A stretch of 64,000 nt of DNA from an uncultured virus (IMG/VR IMGVR_UViG_3300010157_000055) (IMGVR_UViG_3300010157_000055); one strand, 5' to 3'. Counted from the first letter of the stretch, positions 1 to 10,890 are shown. The notes: generated from the letters alone by a model not told the origin. Made by a program: numbers and translations.

Positions 1-585
1 CCAAGTAGCTATTTGCCAACTGGTCCAGACGATAGTGCCGCAGTTTATACAGATGGAAAACTGGGTACTGCAATGATTCAAGAGTACCGTTTTAACAGAT
101 ATTGTCGTAGGCTACAGGGGCTAATTGCTCCGTATCTCGACCGTGAATTCAAGGCTTTTATGAAGAATAGAGGCGTAAATCTTGACAGTTCTGACTTTGA
201 CATTGACTTGTTAGAGCCACAAAACTTCAGCGGATACCGTGAAATTGAAATTGATGGAGCTCGTGCAGGTGTGTTTAGTCAACTTGCTGAGATTCCATAT
301 CTAAGCCATAGATTTAAACTGAAGAAGTACTTGGGCTTGGATGATGACGAACTGTTAGAAAACGAAACGCTGTGGCGTGAAGAAAATCAAGGTGAAGAAG
401 CAGTAGACATGAGCGGAGAAACAGGAGCAGGATTTAGCGCAACCGGTGTATCTGGACCAAATGACAGTGATTTAGACCTGTCAGGTGGTCTTGATGCCAA
501 TCCAGCAGAAGGTCCAGAAGGTGGAGCCGACGCAGGAGCACCTGCCGCAGATCTAGGAACACCACCAGCACCGCCTGGAACTTAA
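1..585 (+). CDS. Portal protein (T4 gp20-like), C-terminal part; gene starts before the window
   Basis: Frame is open from base 1. The segment IQEYRFNRYCRRLQ..KKYLGL..E..EN resembles the gp20 C-terminus, has an acidic tail, and lies upstream of protease/scaffold/capsid. Confidence 0.8.
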   Translation, partial: PSSYLPTGPDDSAAVYTDGKLGTAMIQEYRFNRYCRRLQGLIAPYLDREFKAFMKNRGVNLDSSDFDIDLLEPQNFSGYREIEIDGARAGVFSQLAEIPYLSHRFKLKKYLGLDDDELLENETLWREENQGEEAVDMSGETGAGFSATGVSGPNDSDLDLSGGLDANPAEGPEGGADAGAPAADLGTPPAPPGT

Positions 586-609
586 ATTACATTTTGGATA
601 AGTACACTT

Positions 610-822
610 ATGAGATTCAATGATTTAATGGCCAACCAAGATGAGATCGACAAAGAAATTGATCCTGAAGTTGCTTTCTTTGGCGATTTGCGTAGGAAGC
701 GTTTGACGCTTGAACATGTGAATCGTTTAAGAAAAATCAGAGATTTACGGAAATACGAAACAAAACAACGATTACAATTAGTCAAAAAAATGTATGCTCG
801 CCCTGTCGAGCAGTCAATGTAA
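610..822 (+). CDS. Small basic head-module protein
   Basis: 70 aa between portal and core genes; TAAGTA late-promoter motif 5 nt before the ATG. Confidence 0.7.
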   Translation: MRFNDLMANQDEIDKEIDPEVAFFGDLRRKRLTLEHVNRLRKIRDLRKYETKQRLQLVKKMYARPVEQSM

Positions 823-953
823 TAAAATTGTAATCTTTCAGTAGAAAAACACCGTTTTTTCTACCATATGAACTTCATTATAGTGTGCCAATAGTAAGTA
901 GTTATTGGTAAAGCACATTCTTATGTGTGCCCCTTAGCGCAAGGAGACTAATA

Positions 954-1763
954 ATGAGTAAAACAGTTCTAGAACAGGCATTAGATCATCTTTTGAATAA
1001 AGAAGAAGATAAAGCTAGTGCGTTGTTACATGATTACTATGTAAGCGTTGGTCGTCAGGTCTATGAAGACATTATGACTGATGATGATCAAGAAGATCAA
1101 CAACAAGAAGCTATCAATTCCGTAGACGAAGTTGATGCAGATTTAACACAAGAAGCCGAAGGCGATGAAGAAGCCGGTATCCAAGATTTGGAAGTACCAG
1201 CTGATGATTTAGAAGCCGGCATGGACAATGGCGAAGAAGGTGCAGAACCAGTTAGTTCTGATGCCGCTGATGTTGCTGACGCAATGTTAGATGTAGAATC
1301 AGCCCTGGCCAAACTAAAAGCAGAATTTGAAGAGATGGTATCCGGTGAAGGTGACCAGGATTCAGAAATGGGTCCAGAAATGGGTGCTGACGACAATGCC
1401 GAAGAAATGCCAATGCCAACAGGCGAGTCTTTAGAAGAAGCTCTAGAATTACAACGAGTAAAACTAGATGCCAATTCAGAAGGCCAAGCAGTAGGCGCCG
1501 GTTCAGGTGCAAATAGTGTAACAGGTGCTACTAATACTACTAGCCCAGTTGCAAAACGCAACCCAATGATGGCTCGTCCATCAACATCATTTGGTGGAAG
1601 CACAAGTGGAGAAGGCGTTGCCAGCGGCACATCACCAGCTAAAGCACCAAGTTCACAAGATTTAGGCGGAACAACTCGCCCAGCAGTTAGCAAGGTTGCA
1701 AAACCTGGTGCCGCTCCTGGACGCGAAGCTGGTTCAAGTTCTTCAGTCTTACCAAAGGGTTAA
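954..1763 (+). CDS. Acidic prohead core-like protein
   Basis: AAGGAG RBS before ATG 954 (MSKTVLEQ); very acidic; occupies the T4 gp67/68 position before the protease. Confidence 0.55.
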   Translation: MSKTVLEQALDHLLNKEEDKASALLHDYYVSVGRQVYEDIMTDDDQEDQQQEAINSVDEVDADLTQEAEGDEEAGIQDLEVPADDLEAGMDNGEEGAEPVSSDAADVADAMLDVESALAKLKAEFEEMVSGEGDQDSEMGPEMGADDNAEEMPMPTGESLEEALELQRVKLDANSEGQAVGAGSGANSVTGATNTTSPVAKRNPMMARPSTSFGGSTSGEGVASGTSPAKAPSSQDLGGTTRPAVSKVAKPGAAPGREAGSSSSVLPKG

Positions 1764-1766
1764 ACC

Positions 1767-2408
1767 ATGCAGAACCTACAGCCACTACGCGAAAACTTAT
1801 CTTTTGATCAAGCCCAAATGGTTCTTGAAACTAAAGACACGGCCAGTGGCGGTAAGGATCTCTACATGAAAGGTGTTTTTATTCAAGGTGGAGTACGCAA
1901 TCACAATCAGCGTATCTACCCTGTAAATGAAATCACCAATGCTGTAGAGAGCATTCGTAAACGATTAGATAGTGGTTTCTCCGTCCTTGGAGAAGCAGAT
2001 CATCCAGACGATCTACAAGTGAACATTGACCGAGTAAGTCATATGGTCACTGAAATGTGGATGGATGGCCCCAATGGTTATGGTAAATTAAAACTTATCC
2101 CAACCCCAATGGGTAACATTATCAAAACATTACTTGAAAGTGGTGTAAAGTTAGGCGTCAGCAGTCGCGGCTCAGGAAATGTCCAGGAATCTGGTAATGT
2201 TTCCGAATTTGAGATTGTCACTGTTGATGTGGTAGCACAACCAAGTGCTCCAGAAGCTTATCCAACACCAATTTATGAACGAGTAATGGGCAGTCGTAGA
2301 CGTGCCGCTCTAATGGATGTGGCCTACGCGGCGACCTACGATAGGTCCGCACAAAAACACCTCGAAAATGAGGTTACTAGATTCATTACGAATCTAAAGA
2401 AAGTCTGA
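1767..2408 (+). CDS. Prohead protease (T4 gp21-like)
   Basis: Motifs GVFIQGGVRNHNQRIYP, LGEADHP, GVSSRGSG and DVVAQPSAPEAY. Confidence 0.93.
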   Translation: MQNLQPLRENLSFDQAQMVLETKDTASGGKDLYMKGVFIQGGVRNHNQRIYPVNEITNAVESIRKRLDSGFSVLGEADHPDDLQVNIDRVSHMVTEMWMDGPNGYGKLKLIPTPMGNIIKTLLESGVKLGVSSRGSGNVQESGNVSEFEIVTVDVVAQPSAPEAYPTPIYERVMGSRRRAALMDVAYAATYDRSAQKHLENEVTRFITNLKKV

Positions 2409-2418
2409 GGAAAAAACC

Positions 2419-3531
2419 ATGAGTAATTTTACAGAGATGTTGGGCTCAGTTGTTTTATCCGAAGAGGTGCGTGAGAATATCAACGCCGCTTGGGAAAAAC
2501 ATATAGCCGAAAGCCGTGAAACTGTAACGGCAGAATTGCGTGAAGAATTTGCTTCACGCTACGAGCATGATAGAGGACAACTTATCGAAGCAATGGATAA
2601 GTTAATGCAAGATACTATCAATGCAGGAGCAACAGATTTAAAATCACTGCGTGAACAAGCAATTGTTCAGCGTGTGAAGTATGCTACAAAGATCAAAGAA
2701 GATGCTACAATGCTACAAAAATTGGTACTGGAAACACTTGCCAAAGAAATTGCAGAACTTCGTGGCGATCGTGGCGCACAAAAACAAAGTATTGCTCGCT
2801 TAGAAGAATTTGCATTACGCAAGTTAACAGGCGAATTAACTGAATTGCATGAAGATCATAAGGCATTGGTAAACGCTCGCGTAAAACTAGTGTCTGAGGG
2901 TCGTAAAGCAATTAATGAAACTCGTACAGCTTTCATTCAGAAAGCCAGTAGCAAGATCAACGGTCTAGTTACAGAGTCATTCAAGAAAGAAATGTCACAG
3001 TTAAAAACAGATATTCGTGAAGCAAAAGAAAACAACTTTGGTCGTAAGATCATGGAAGCTTTTGCCGCAGAATTTATGGCATCTAAGTTTGCAGACGGTA
3101 CTGCCGTTAGCCAGCTTAACAAATCAATTATCGAAATTCAAGGCCAATTGGCCGAGGCTAATACAAAACTAACACATAAAGAAGTACAAATTAGCGAGTC
3201 GCTTCGTCGTCAGCGCATTGCGGAAGATCAAGCACAGCGAGTTCGCGTTATGCAAGAATTATGTTCACCATTGTCGAAAGACAAGCGTGGCGTTATGGAA
3301 GAGTTATTAGAAGGTACTGATACCAGTAAACTAAAAGACCAATTCCAGAAATACTTGCCATCTGTTCTAAACGAAGAAGTTCGTCGAGAGAAGAAACAAC
3401 TAGTTGAAGGACAGCAATCACAGAAGACTGTGGTTACAGGTAACAAAGCTCTTAATGAGTCAGTTACTGCCCCAGCCGAAGCTGATGATACTATTCAGCA
3501 ACTTCGTAAACTCGCTGGAATTAAGAATTAA
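2419..3531 (+). CDS. Prohead scaffolding protein (gp22-like)
   Basis: Long coiled-coil protein between protease and capsid genes; GAGG RBS. Confidence 0.8.
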   Translation: MSNFTEMLGSVVLSEEVRENINAAWEKHIAESRETVTAELREEFASRYEHDRGQLIEAMDKLMQDTINAGATDLKSLREQAIVQRVKYATKIKEDATMLQKLVLETLAKEIAELRGDRGAQKQSIARLEEFALRKLTGELTELHEDHKALVNARVKLVSEGRKAINETRTAFIQKASSKINGLVTESFKKEMSQLKTDIREAKENNFGRKIMEAFAAEFMASKFADGTAVSQLNKSIIEIQGQLAEANTKLTHKEVQISESLRRQRIAEDQAQRVRVMQELCSPLSKDKRGVMEELLEGTDTSKLKDQFQKYLPSVLNEEVRREKKQLVEGQQSQKTVVTGNKALNESVTAPAEADDTIQQLRKLAGIKN

Positions 3532-3548
3532 TTAAGGAGACATACAAA

Positions 3549-4748
3549 ATGTCACAAGCTCTATTTGAAGCTAAAAATTGGTCTGCTACCAAGCAGGCTT
3601 TGACAGAAGGCCTAACTGGACAACGCAAGTCCACAATGGAAGTCTGTTTAGAAAATACTAAAAAGTATTTGACAGAAACTGCAACTGCTGGTGCAACTGC
3701 ACAGGGTAATGTTGCTGTTCTAAACAAGGTTATTTTGCCAGTTATTCGTCGTGTAATGCCAACAACCATTGCTAACGAATTAGTTGGTGTACAACCAATG
3801 CAAGGCCCAGTATCGCAGATCCACACATTGCGTGTGCGTTATGCAGATGCCGCATCCGCAAGTTCAGCCGTAAGCGGCAACGTCGGTAAAGCTATTACTG
3901 CAAATGATGAAGCTCTAAGCCCATTCAGCATTGCTACTCAGTATTCTGGTAGCTCAGCTGGTAAAGCTGAAACCACAGGCACATTAGAAGGTGCCGCTGG
4001 TAAGAGAATGAACATCCAGATCTTGAAAGAGACTGTAGAAGCTAAGAGCCGTAGGTTATCAGCTCGTTGGACATTTGAAGCCGCTCAAGACGCACAAGCC
4101 ATTCATGGTGTTGACGTTGAAGCAGAAATCATGGCCGCTCTAGCACAAGAAATTACTGCTGAAATCGACCAAGAAATCATTGGTTCATTGATTGGTTTAG
4201 CAGGTAGTGTATTTGGTACATATGACCAAGGTGCAGTTTCTGGTACAGCCAACTTCGTTGGTGACCAACACGCCGCATTGGCTGTGTTGATCAACCGTGC
4301 CGCTAACGACATCGCTAGCCGTACACGTCGTGGTGCAGGTAACTACATTGTTATTAGCCCAACAGCGTTGACAATCCTACAATCTGCTACTACCAGCGCA
4401 TTTGCTCGTACAACAGAAGGTACATTCGAAGCTCCTACAAATACAAAGTTTGTTGGTACATTGAACAGTTCAGTTCGCGTATATGTTAACCATTACGCTG
4501 GCGACGCCGCTCCAGTTCTAGTTGGATACAAAGGTGCAAATGAGATGGATGCTCCTGCATTCTATTGCCCATACATTCCATTGATGAGTTCTGGTGTTGT
4601 GTTAGATCCATCAACATTTGAACCAACTGTCAGCTTCATGACACGATATGGTTATGTTGAATTATCAAATGCGTCAAACTCTTTGGGTAACGCTTCTGAT
4701 TATGTTAACACAATTGCTATCGATGCAACTAACCTAAGCTTCATCTAA
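3549..4748 (+). CDS. Major capsid protein (T4 gp23-like)
   Basis: Motifs LVGVQPMQGP, VEAKSRRLSARWT.EAAQD..A.HG, FYCPYIPL and FMTRYG. Confidence 0.96.
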   Translation: MSQALFEAKNWSATKQALTEGLTGQRKSTMEVCLENTKKYLTETATAGATAQGNVAVLNKVILPVIRRVMPTTIANELVGVQPMQGPVSQIHTLRVRYADAASASSAVSGNVGKAITANDEALSPFSIATQYSGSSAGKAETTGTLEGAAGKRMNIQILKETVEAKSRRLSARWTFEAAQDAQAIHGVDVEAEIMAALAQEITAEIDQEIIGSLIGLAGSVFGTYDQGAVSGTANFVGDQHAALAVLINRAANDIASRTRRGAGNYIVISPTALTILQSATTSAFARTTEGTFEAPTNTKFVGTLNSSVRVYVNHYAGDAAPVLVGYKGANEMDAPAFYCPYIPLMSSGVVLDPSTFEPTVSFMTRYGYVELSNASNSLGNASDYVNTIAIDATNLSFI

Positions 4749-4772
4749 TCTACTGATTAGTTAAGTTTATAC

Positions 4773-4798
4773 AAAAAGGGCTCTTCGGAGCCCTTTTT
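4773..4798 (+). terminator. Intrinsic terminator after the capsid gene
   Basis: AAAAAGGGCTC-TTCG-GAGCCCTTTTT. Confidence 0.9.
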
Positions 4799-4815
4799 CA
4801 TTGCATAAGTACAGC

Positions 4816-5019
4816 ATGTTTGTAGATATAAAAACAAAATTGGAACGGGCCAGCCACTGTCAAAAGTGTGAATGGTACTATAGACCTGCAAGACAATGTA
4901 GACAATGTGGATGCTTTATAAATTTTAAAATAATTTTAGAAAGCGAATCTTGCCCAATAGGTAAATGGACCAAAATACATACTGCAAAAACATCCGCTTT
5001 GGTAAATACTCCTAAATAA
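4816..5019 (+). CDS. Small Cys-rich, putative metal-binding protein
   Basis: CxxC..CxxCGC..CPxGKW; TAAGTA 4 nt before ATG 4816. Confidence 0.65.
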   Translation: MFVDIKTKLERASHCQKCEWYYRPARQCRQCGCFINFKIILESESCPIGKWTKIHTAKTSALVNTPK

Positions 5020-5029
5020 GGAGGCCGCA

Positions 5030-5704
5030 ATGCCAAAATTAGATGATTATGACGACAGTCATGCAACGAATCCTGTAAGCGACACAGCTAAAAATTCGAT
5101 CGCGAATAAGGTATCAAGTGGAACATCAACACTTGTTACAGCCACACCGTCAAGTTCTGGATTTGGTTCAGCACCTGCCTCAGGTGGTTTTGGTAGTACT
5201 ACCCCAGCAAGTGGATTTGGTGGCGCAAGCACTAGTGGATTTGGTGGCGCAAGCACCAGTGGATTTGGCGGGTCCGGTTTCAGTGGAGCAAGCGCCAGCG
5301 GCTTTGGTGCTGGCTCAAGTACCTTTGGTGCTAGTTCATCCAGCATGTCTCAAACAAATTCGTTCAGTGGCACTGGCCAATCCAATAGCAATTTAACAAG
5401 CACTGGCGGAGCCATGCAAGAAGGCGGTACCACGACAATTGAAGCATCAAAAGGATTTGGAGATTTTATCAATAGCAAATGGCGCCCAATGATGGCAGTG
5501 ATTTATATGATTACCTGTTGCACAGACTTTGTAATATTTCCAGTGCTATGGTCAATAATGCAATCATTATTTCATGGGTCGGTTACAAGTCAATGGTCAC
5601 CACTAACACTACAAGGCGCTGGCCTGTATCACATTGCCATGGGTGCTGTATTAGGTTTAGCGGCATATGGTCGTAGTCAAGAAAAGATTGCAGGTAAAGC
5701 ATAA
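5030..5704 (+). CDS. Holin-like membrane protein (GTA 3TM-holin-like C-terminus) with a Gly/Ser/Phe-Gly repeat N-terminus
   Basis: WRP.M...Y followed by hydrophobic helices and the ending LGLAAYGRSQEK; AGGAGG RBS. Confidence 0.65.
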   Translation: MPKLDDYDDSHATNPVSDTAKNSIANKVSSGTSTLVTATPSSSGFGSAPASGGFGSTTPASGFGGASTSGFGGASTSGFGGSGFSGASASGFGAGSSTFGASSSSMSQTNSFSGTGQSNSNLTSTGGAMQEGGTTTIEASKGFGDFINSKWRPMMAVIYMITCCTDFVIFPVLWSIMQSLFHGSVTSQWSPLTLQGAGLYHIAMGAVLGLAAYGRSQEKIAGKA

Positions 5705-6869
5705 TGACAATTAAAATTAATCACTCTCAAGAATCTTTTACACCAGAATCTGGTGTTTTAAAAATTGAAGGTAAAGGAGCCTTAAAGCTTCCCAGCGGGC
5801 CCGAATCAGACCGCCCAGTGATTAGTGCCGCCGGCTATGTTAGATTTGATCAAACTGTAACCAAACCTGAATTCTTTGATGGCACCAATTGGCAAACAAT
5901 CACAGATAAAGTTTATGTTGACAACAAGGTTGCAACAGAGTTGACCAGAGCAACCGGCGCAGAATCAGTGTTAGATCTTAAAATTGATAATTTAGATTTA
6001 AATGCATTGACTGATGTAACATTACAAATCCAACAGACGGCCAAGTAATTACATTTGACTCGGCACTGGGACTTTTTAGAACACAGACACAAGCATTCAG
6101 TGCAATCACAAAAATATTTTCTGGTGATGAATCAACAATGACATTTGATCTGCAGATGTCAGTGGCTGGAGTAAACAACTTGGTTGTATCTGTAAATGGA
6201 ATACAACAAGAACCATTTTACAGTTTTAATTTGATTGATGGGCACATACTTGCATTTGATGAACCTCCAGAACAAAATGATAGAATTTTAGTCAGGGTGT
6301 TGAAGAGCACAGTTTCAAGTGACAGGCCTAGACCCAACATTGTTGGATTGTATTATGCCACTCTTTCTAATTTTACCACAATTACAATTGTTGCAACAGA
6401 TATAACATATGGCACATCAGTTAAAATTGGCGGTAAGGCAATTACTAGAATTGATTATCCGTCATCAGACCGCATGCAAGTCATGATCGAAACTTCATTG
6501 ATGTCAACTCAGTTTTGGCAACAGTCGCAGGATTTGACAATAGTCGACACCAGTGGCAATGAGTTTGTGTTTCCAGGCCTTATTAGGGTAGGAACCAATC
6601 AGCCACATTGGACAGACTCAACCAGCTATATCGGAACATTTTCCGGTGGAGACAGCGTTATTTTTCCAATTGGAGTAAATAATGCTACAAACTTTACTAT
6701 TGATCCAGCATATGATGGAGAAGCCGCAATTTCGTGGCTATCAATTAGTGGAGGTAATATCGTTGGTACTGCTCCTCAAAACAGTAGTCCAAGCAGATAT
6801 GAAGTAAAAATTACAGCCAGTGATGGTAGCGTTTATATAACGAAAAACTACTGGTTGTTAGTGATATAA
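5704..6869 (+). CDS. Virion structural/fibre-associated protein split by a -1 frameshift near 6020 (ORFs 5704..6048 and 6138..6869)
   Basis: The -1 frame is open from 6015 and runs into the 6138 ORF. The joined product LNALTDVT-ITNPTDGQVITFD parallels INALADVDT..DGYTLVW in the next gene. Confidence 0.65.
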
Positions 6870-6948
6870 TATATTCTCATGTTGGTTGGCACCATACTTA
6901 AAAATGCCAAGATTAGAGTTCACTAGAACTCTTTAAGAGGATAAAAAA

Positions 6949-9900
6949 ATGCCAATTATTAAAGCCAGGTCAAGTTCCCTATCAGGATCGTTGGACCTTC
7001 GTGGAACTCCTACGGCGCCAACCGCGTCACAGTCAGTACACACAACCCAAGTTGCTACAACAGCCTATGTTGGAACAGCCGTAACAAATTTAATTAACTC
7101 TGCTCCTTCAGTACTAGACACACTATCTGAATTAGCAAGTGCGATTAACAATGATGCAAGTTTTACATCAACAGTCACTACAGCACTAGCTGGTAAACTG
7201 GCCAAAGCCGGCGACACAATGTCAGGTTTCTTGGTATTGAATGCTGATCCAGTTGCCAACTTAGGTGCTACAACCAAGCAATATGTTGATTCGTTGATCA
7301 ATGGAATTACAATTAATAGTACAGACGATGTACCAGAAGGTTCAAATAACCTATACTACTTGACAACTCGTGTTCGTGGTGATATTTCATTGTCAAGCAA
7401 TAACACCAGTGTTTTAGACTATAACAGTACAACTGGTGCGTTCACATACTCACATCCAACAAGTGATGGCGTATTAGAAGGTACTACAAATGTATATTTT
7501 ACCAATGCAAGAGCTAGAACAGCAGTTAGTTTAACAACCGACGACAACAGTATTTTAACATACAGCAGTAGTACTGGTGGATTTACTTTTGCTAAACCAG
7601 ACACAGATAAAGTAGCAGAAGGTTCAACCCACTTATACTTTACAACAGCCCGTGCTCGTGCAAGTGTAAGCAATGGTTCCAATATTGCTTATGATTCAGC
7701 TACTGGTATTATCAGTACACAAGCCGCAGTTTGGTCAGTTAACGGACAAAACCACACAGTGGTATTGACAACTTCTGACATCGCCGAAGGTACAAATTTA
7801 TATTATACAGATACAAGAGCCCGTGCCGCAGTAAGTTTAACAACTGGCAACTCTAATCTTTTAGCCTATAACGCAACAACCGGTATTTTCACATTTGTAG
7901 TACCAACTACAACTGATATCGCTGAAGGTACAAATTTATATTATACAAACACAAGAGCCAGAGCCGCAATCAGTGCAACAGGTTGGGATAGACTAAGTTA
8001 TACTGCTGGAACAGGTGTTATCAATATTACTGCTCCAAACACAACCAATGTTGCAGAAGATCCAGCCGCGACAGTATCAAGTGGTACCATGTATTTCACT
8101 AACGCTCGTGTCAAGGCCGCAATCAGTGCAGTTGATGCAGGTGGTGATGGTAGTTTTGCATATGACTCTGCAACTGGTGCATTTACTTACACAGGTCCAA
8201 GTGATGCTGAAGTTCGCGCACACTTTAGTGCCGCAACAAGTGGAACTGGTTGGGGTGGATTGACATATGACTCAGCAACTGGTGTTAATACATTTGCCAA
8301 AGTAACAGATGCAAATATTCGTCAAGCATTGAGCGCCGCAACAAGTGGTACTGGCTTTGGTGGATTGACATATGACTCAGCAACTGGTGTAGTTACATTT
8401 GCCAAAGTCACAGCCGCTGATGTTCGTGGCAATTTAAGTGCTACAACAGCTTCAGGTGCCACATATGACTCAGCAACTGGTGTTATTGCATTGGCTAACA
8501 TTCCAAATGCAAGTTTGACAAACAGCAAAGTTACACTTAACACACATGATGTTTCATTGGGTGGTAGTTTAACATTAAATGCTGATGACATTGCTGAAGC
8601 TGTTGGTGGAACCAACAAGTACTTGACAGATGCACGATGGGATACAAGACTTGCTACTAAGACAACAACCAATCTTGCAGAAGGTACTAACTTATATTAT
8701 ACAACAGCTAGATTTGATACACAATTAGCCACTAAGACAACAACCAATCTTGCAGAAGGCACTAACCTGTACTACACAAATGCTCGTGCCAGAGCCGCAT
8801 TAGTTGGTGGAACTGGTGTATCATACAATACTAGCACTGGCGAAATTGCAATTGGACAGGCTGTAGAGACATCAAGCAATGTTACTTTTGGTAATGTTAC
8901 AGTTGGTGGTGATTTGACAGTTAACGGTACAATGACTGCTGTAAATTCAACAGTTGTTACAATTGCTGATAAAAATATCACACTTGGTGCAGGTGCCGCA
9001 GATGCGTCAGCCGCTAACGGTGCTGGTATTACAGTAGATGGCGCAGGCGCAACAATTACCTATGTTTCAAGTTCAGACAAATGGGCATTGAACAAAGGCT
9101 TGACTGTAGCAGGTGACTTGAGTATTACTGGTGGACTGGCCGCACCAAGCTTTACTGGTGACTTAAACGGTAGCGTATCGGGTGCGTCAGGTACATTTAG
9201 TTCGTTGATTAACGGACGAGTTGTATTTGCTGGATCTGCAGGCCTATTAAGTTCTGATTCAGATCTAACATTTTTAACTGACACACTAACTGCTACAAAA
9301 ATAGTTGGCACAACAAGTGTTTCTACTGCTAGTTTGACAGCAAGCTCATTGACAAGCGGTCGTGTTACATTTGCTGGCACAGCTGGACTACTAAGCGATA
9401 ATGCTGGTTTGACATTTGCCGCAGGTGTATTAACATCTACAGTTGGTTTTGCTGGTGCATTGACAGGTAATGTTACAGGTAACCTGACTGGTAATGTAAC
9501 TGGACAAGTTAGTGATATTAGTAATCACAACACAAGTCAATTAGCAGAAGATCCAGCCGCGACAGTATCAAGTGGCACCATGTACTTTACACAGGCCCGT
9601 GCCCGTAGTACTTTAAGTGTAGTTGATGCAGGTGGTGATGGCAGTTTTGCATATGACTCTGCAACTGGTGCATTTACTTACACAGGTCCAAGTCCAACTG
9701 AAGTTCGCGCACACTTTAGTGCCACAGCAAGTGGAACTGGTTGGGGCGATTTGACTTATGCCGCAGGTGTATTCACATACGCAAAAGTAACAGATGCAAA
9801 CATTCGTCAAGCAGTGAGCGCAACAACAGTAAGTGGTGTAACTTATAGTTCATCAACTGGTGTTATTGCACTAGCCGCTATTCCAAATAGCAGTTTGACA

Positions 9901-10890
9901 AACAGCAAAGTTACAATTAACACACATGATGTTTCATTGGGTACTAGCTTGGTATTGAACACAGATGATGTACAAGAACTTGGTTCACCAACCAACAAGT
10001 ACTTCACTGACACTCGTGCTAGAAATGCTATTAGTTTGACCACAAGCAAAAACACAGTATTGTCATACAATGCCACAACTGGTGTATTTGTATTTGACTT
10101 GGCCCATACAACAACTGATGATGTTGCAGAAGGTGCAACCAACAAGTACTACACTGACACTCGTGCAAGAGCCGCTATCAGTAACGGTGCCAACATTGAC
10201 TATGACAACACAACAGGCGTTGTCAGCACACAGGCCGCTGTATGGTCAGTCAACGGACAAAACCACACAGTTGTTCTATCAAGTGATGACATTTCTGATC
10301 TTGGTCGTACAAACAAATGGTTTACAAATGCTCAGGCTCGTGCCGCAATTACATTAACATCAAATGATACTAATGTATTAAGCTACAACGGTGGTACTGG
10401 TGTATTCACATACGCAAAACCAAATACTGATGCAGTTGCAGAAGGTTCAACTAACCTGTACTATACCAATGCAAGAGCAGATGCTCGTATTGCAGCCGCA
10501 AGTATTAATGCATTGGCCGACGTTGACACAACAGTTGGTTTATCTGATGGTTACACACTGGTTTGGTCTGCCGCAGGAAGCAAGTTTGTTCCACAGAACA
10601 TTGCTACTTCAAGTACATCATTGAACTTTACCGGTGATGGCACAACATTAAGTTACAGTACTGGTGTTTTAGTAAGCTCAATTGACAATACACAAGTGTA
10701 TGTCAACGGTTTAATCCAAGCACCTACATACTCTTATAGTATTTCTACTACAAGTGGTATAACAAGTATTGTATTAACTGAAGCTCCGGAACAAGACGAT
10801 TATATCTATATTCGCGTAAGTTCAGTCTCTGGCTTGACAGCTGGTGGTGTTCTAAATGAGTCTAGTACAATCGACGGTGGTACATACTAA
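6949..10890 (+). CDS. Long tail-fibre-like structural protein with internal repeats
   Basis: 1313 aa, T/S/G/A-rich. N-terminal PTAPTA..TQVATTAYV..APSVLDTLSELASAINND is a fibre-type motif; many AEG.NLYYT..RARAA repeats. Confidence 0.8.
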   Translation: MPIIKARSSSLSGSLDLRGTPTAPTASQSVHTTQVATTAYVGTAVTNLINSAPSVLDTLSELASAINNDASFTSTVTTALAGKLAKAGDTMSGFLVLNADPVANLGATTKQYVDSLINGITINSTDDVPEGSNNLYYLTTRVRGDISLSSNNTSVLDYNSTTGAFTYSHPTSDGVLEGTTNVYFTNARARTAVSLTTDDNSILTYSSSTGGFTFAKPDTDKVAEGSTHLYFTTARARASVSNGSNIAYDSATGIISTQAAVWSVNGQNHTVVLTTSDIAEGTNLYYTDTRARAAVSLTTGNSNLLAYNATTGIFTFVVPTTTDIAEGTNLYYTNTRARAAISATGWDRLSYTAGTGVINITAPNTTNVAEDPAATVSSGTMYFTNARVKAAISAVDAGGDGSFAYDSATGAFTYTGPSDAEVRAHFSAATSGTGWGGLTYDSATGVNTFAKVTDANIRQALSAATSGTGFGGLTYDSATGVVTFAKVTAADVRGNLSATTASGATYDSATGVIALANIPNASLTNSKVTLNTHDVSLGGSLTLNADDIAEAVGGTNKYLTDARWDTRLATKTTTNLAEGTNLYYTTARFDTQLATKTTTNLAEGTNLYYTNARARAALVGGTGVSYNTSTGEIAIGQAVETSSNVTFGNVTVGGDLTVNGTMTAVNSTVVTIADKNITLGAGAADASAANGAGITVDGAGATITYVSSSDKWALNKGLTVAGDLSITGGLAAPSFTGDLNGSVSGASGTFSSLINGRVVFAGSAGLLSSDSDLTFLTDTLTATKIVGTTSVSTASLTASSLTSGRVTFAGTAGLLSDNAGLTFAAGVLTSTVGFAGALTGNVTGNLTGNVTGQVSDISNHNTSQLAEDPAATVSSGTMYFTQARARSTLSVVDAGGDGSFAYDSATGAFTYTGPSPTEVRAHFSATASGTGWGDLTYAAGVFTYAKVTDANIRQAVSATTVSGVTYSSSTGVIALAAIPNSSLTNSKVTINTHDVSLGTSLVLNTDDVQELGSPTNKYFTDTRARNAISLTTSKNTVLSYNATTGVFVFDLAHTTTDDVAEGATNKYYTDTRARAAISNGANIDYDNTTGVVSTQAAVWSVNGQNHTVVLSSDDISDLGRTNKWFTNAQARAAITLTSNDTNVLSYNGGTGVFTYAKPNTDAVAEGSTNLYYTNARADARIAAASINALADVDTTVGLSDGYTLVWSAAGSKFVPQNIATSSTSLNFTGDGTTLSYSTGVLVSSIDNTQVYVNGLIQAPTYSYSISTTSGITSIVLTEAPEQDDYIYIRVSSVSGLTAGGVLNESSTIDGGTY
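8053..9746 (+). repeat. About 200-bp intragenic direct duplication (8053-8255 and 9544-9746)
   Basis: Highly similar DNA at an offset of 1491, both copies encoding AEDPAATVSSGTMYFT..VDAGGDGSFAYDSATGAFTYTGPS..EVRAHFSA..SGTGWG. Confidence 0.9.

Noticed and set aside
8053..9746. Diversity-generating retroelement TR/VR pair
   Set aside because: The differences are not adenine-specific (for example T/C third positions), both copies are in frame in one gene, and there is no reverse transcriptase in the window.
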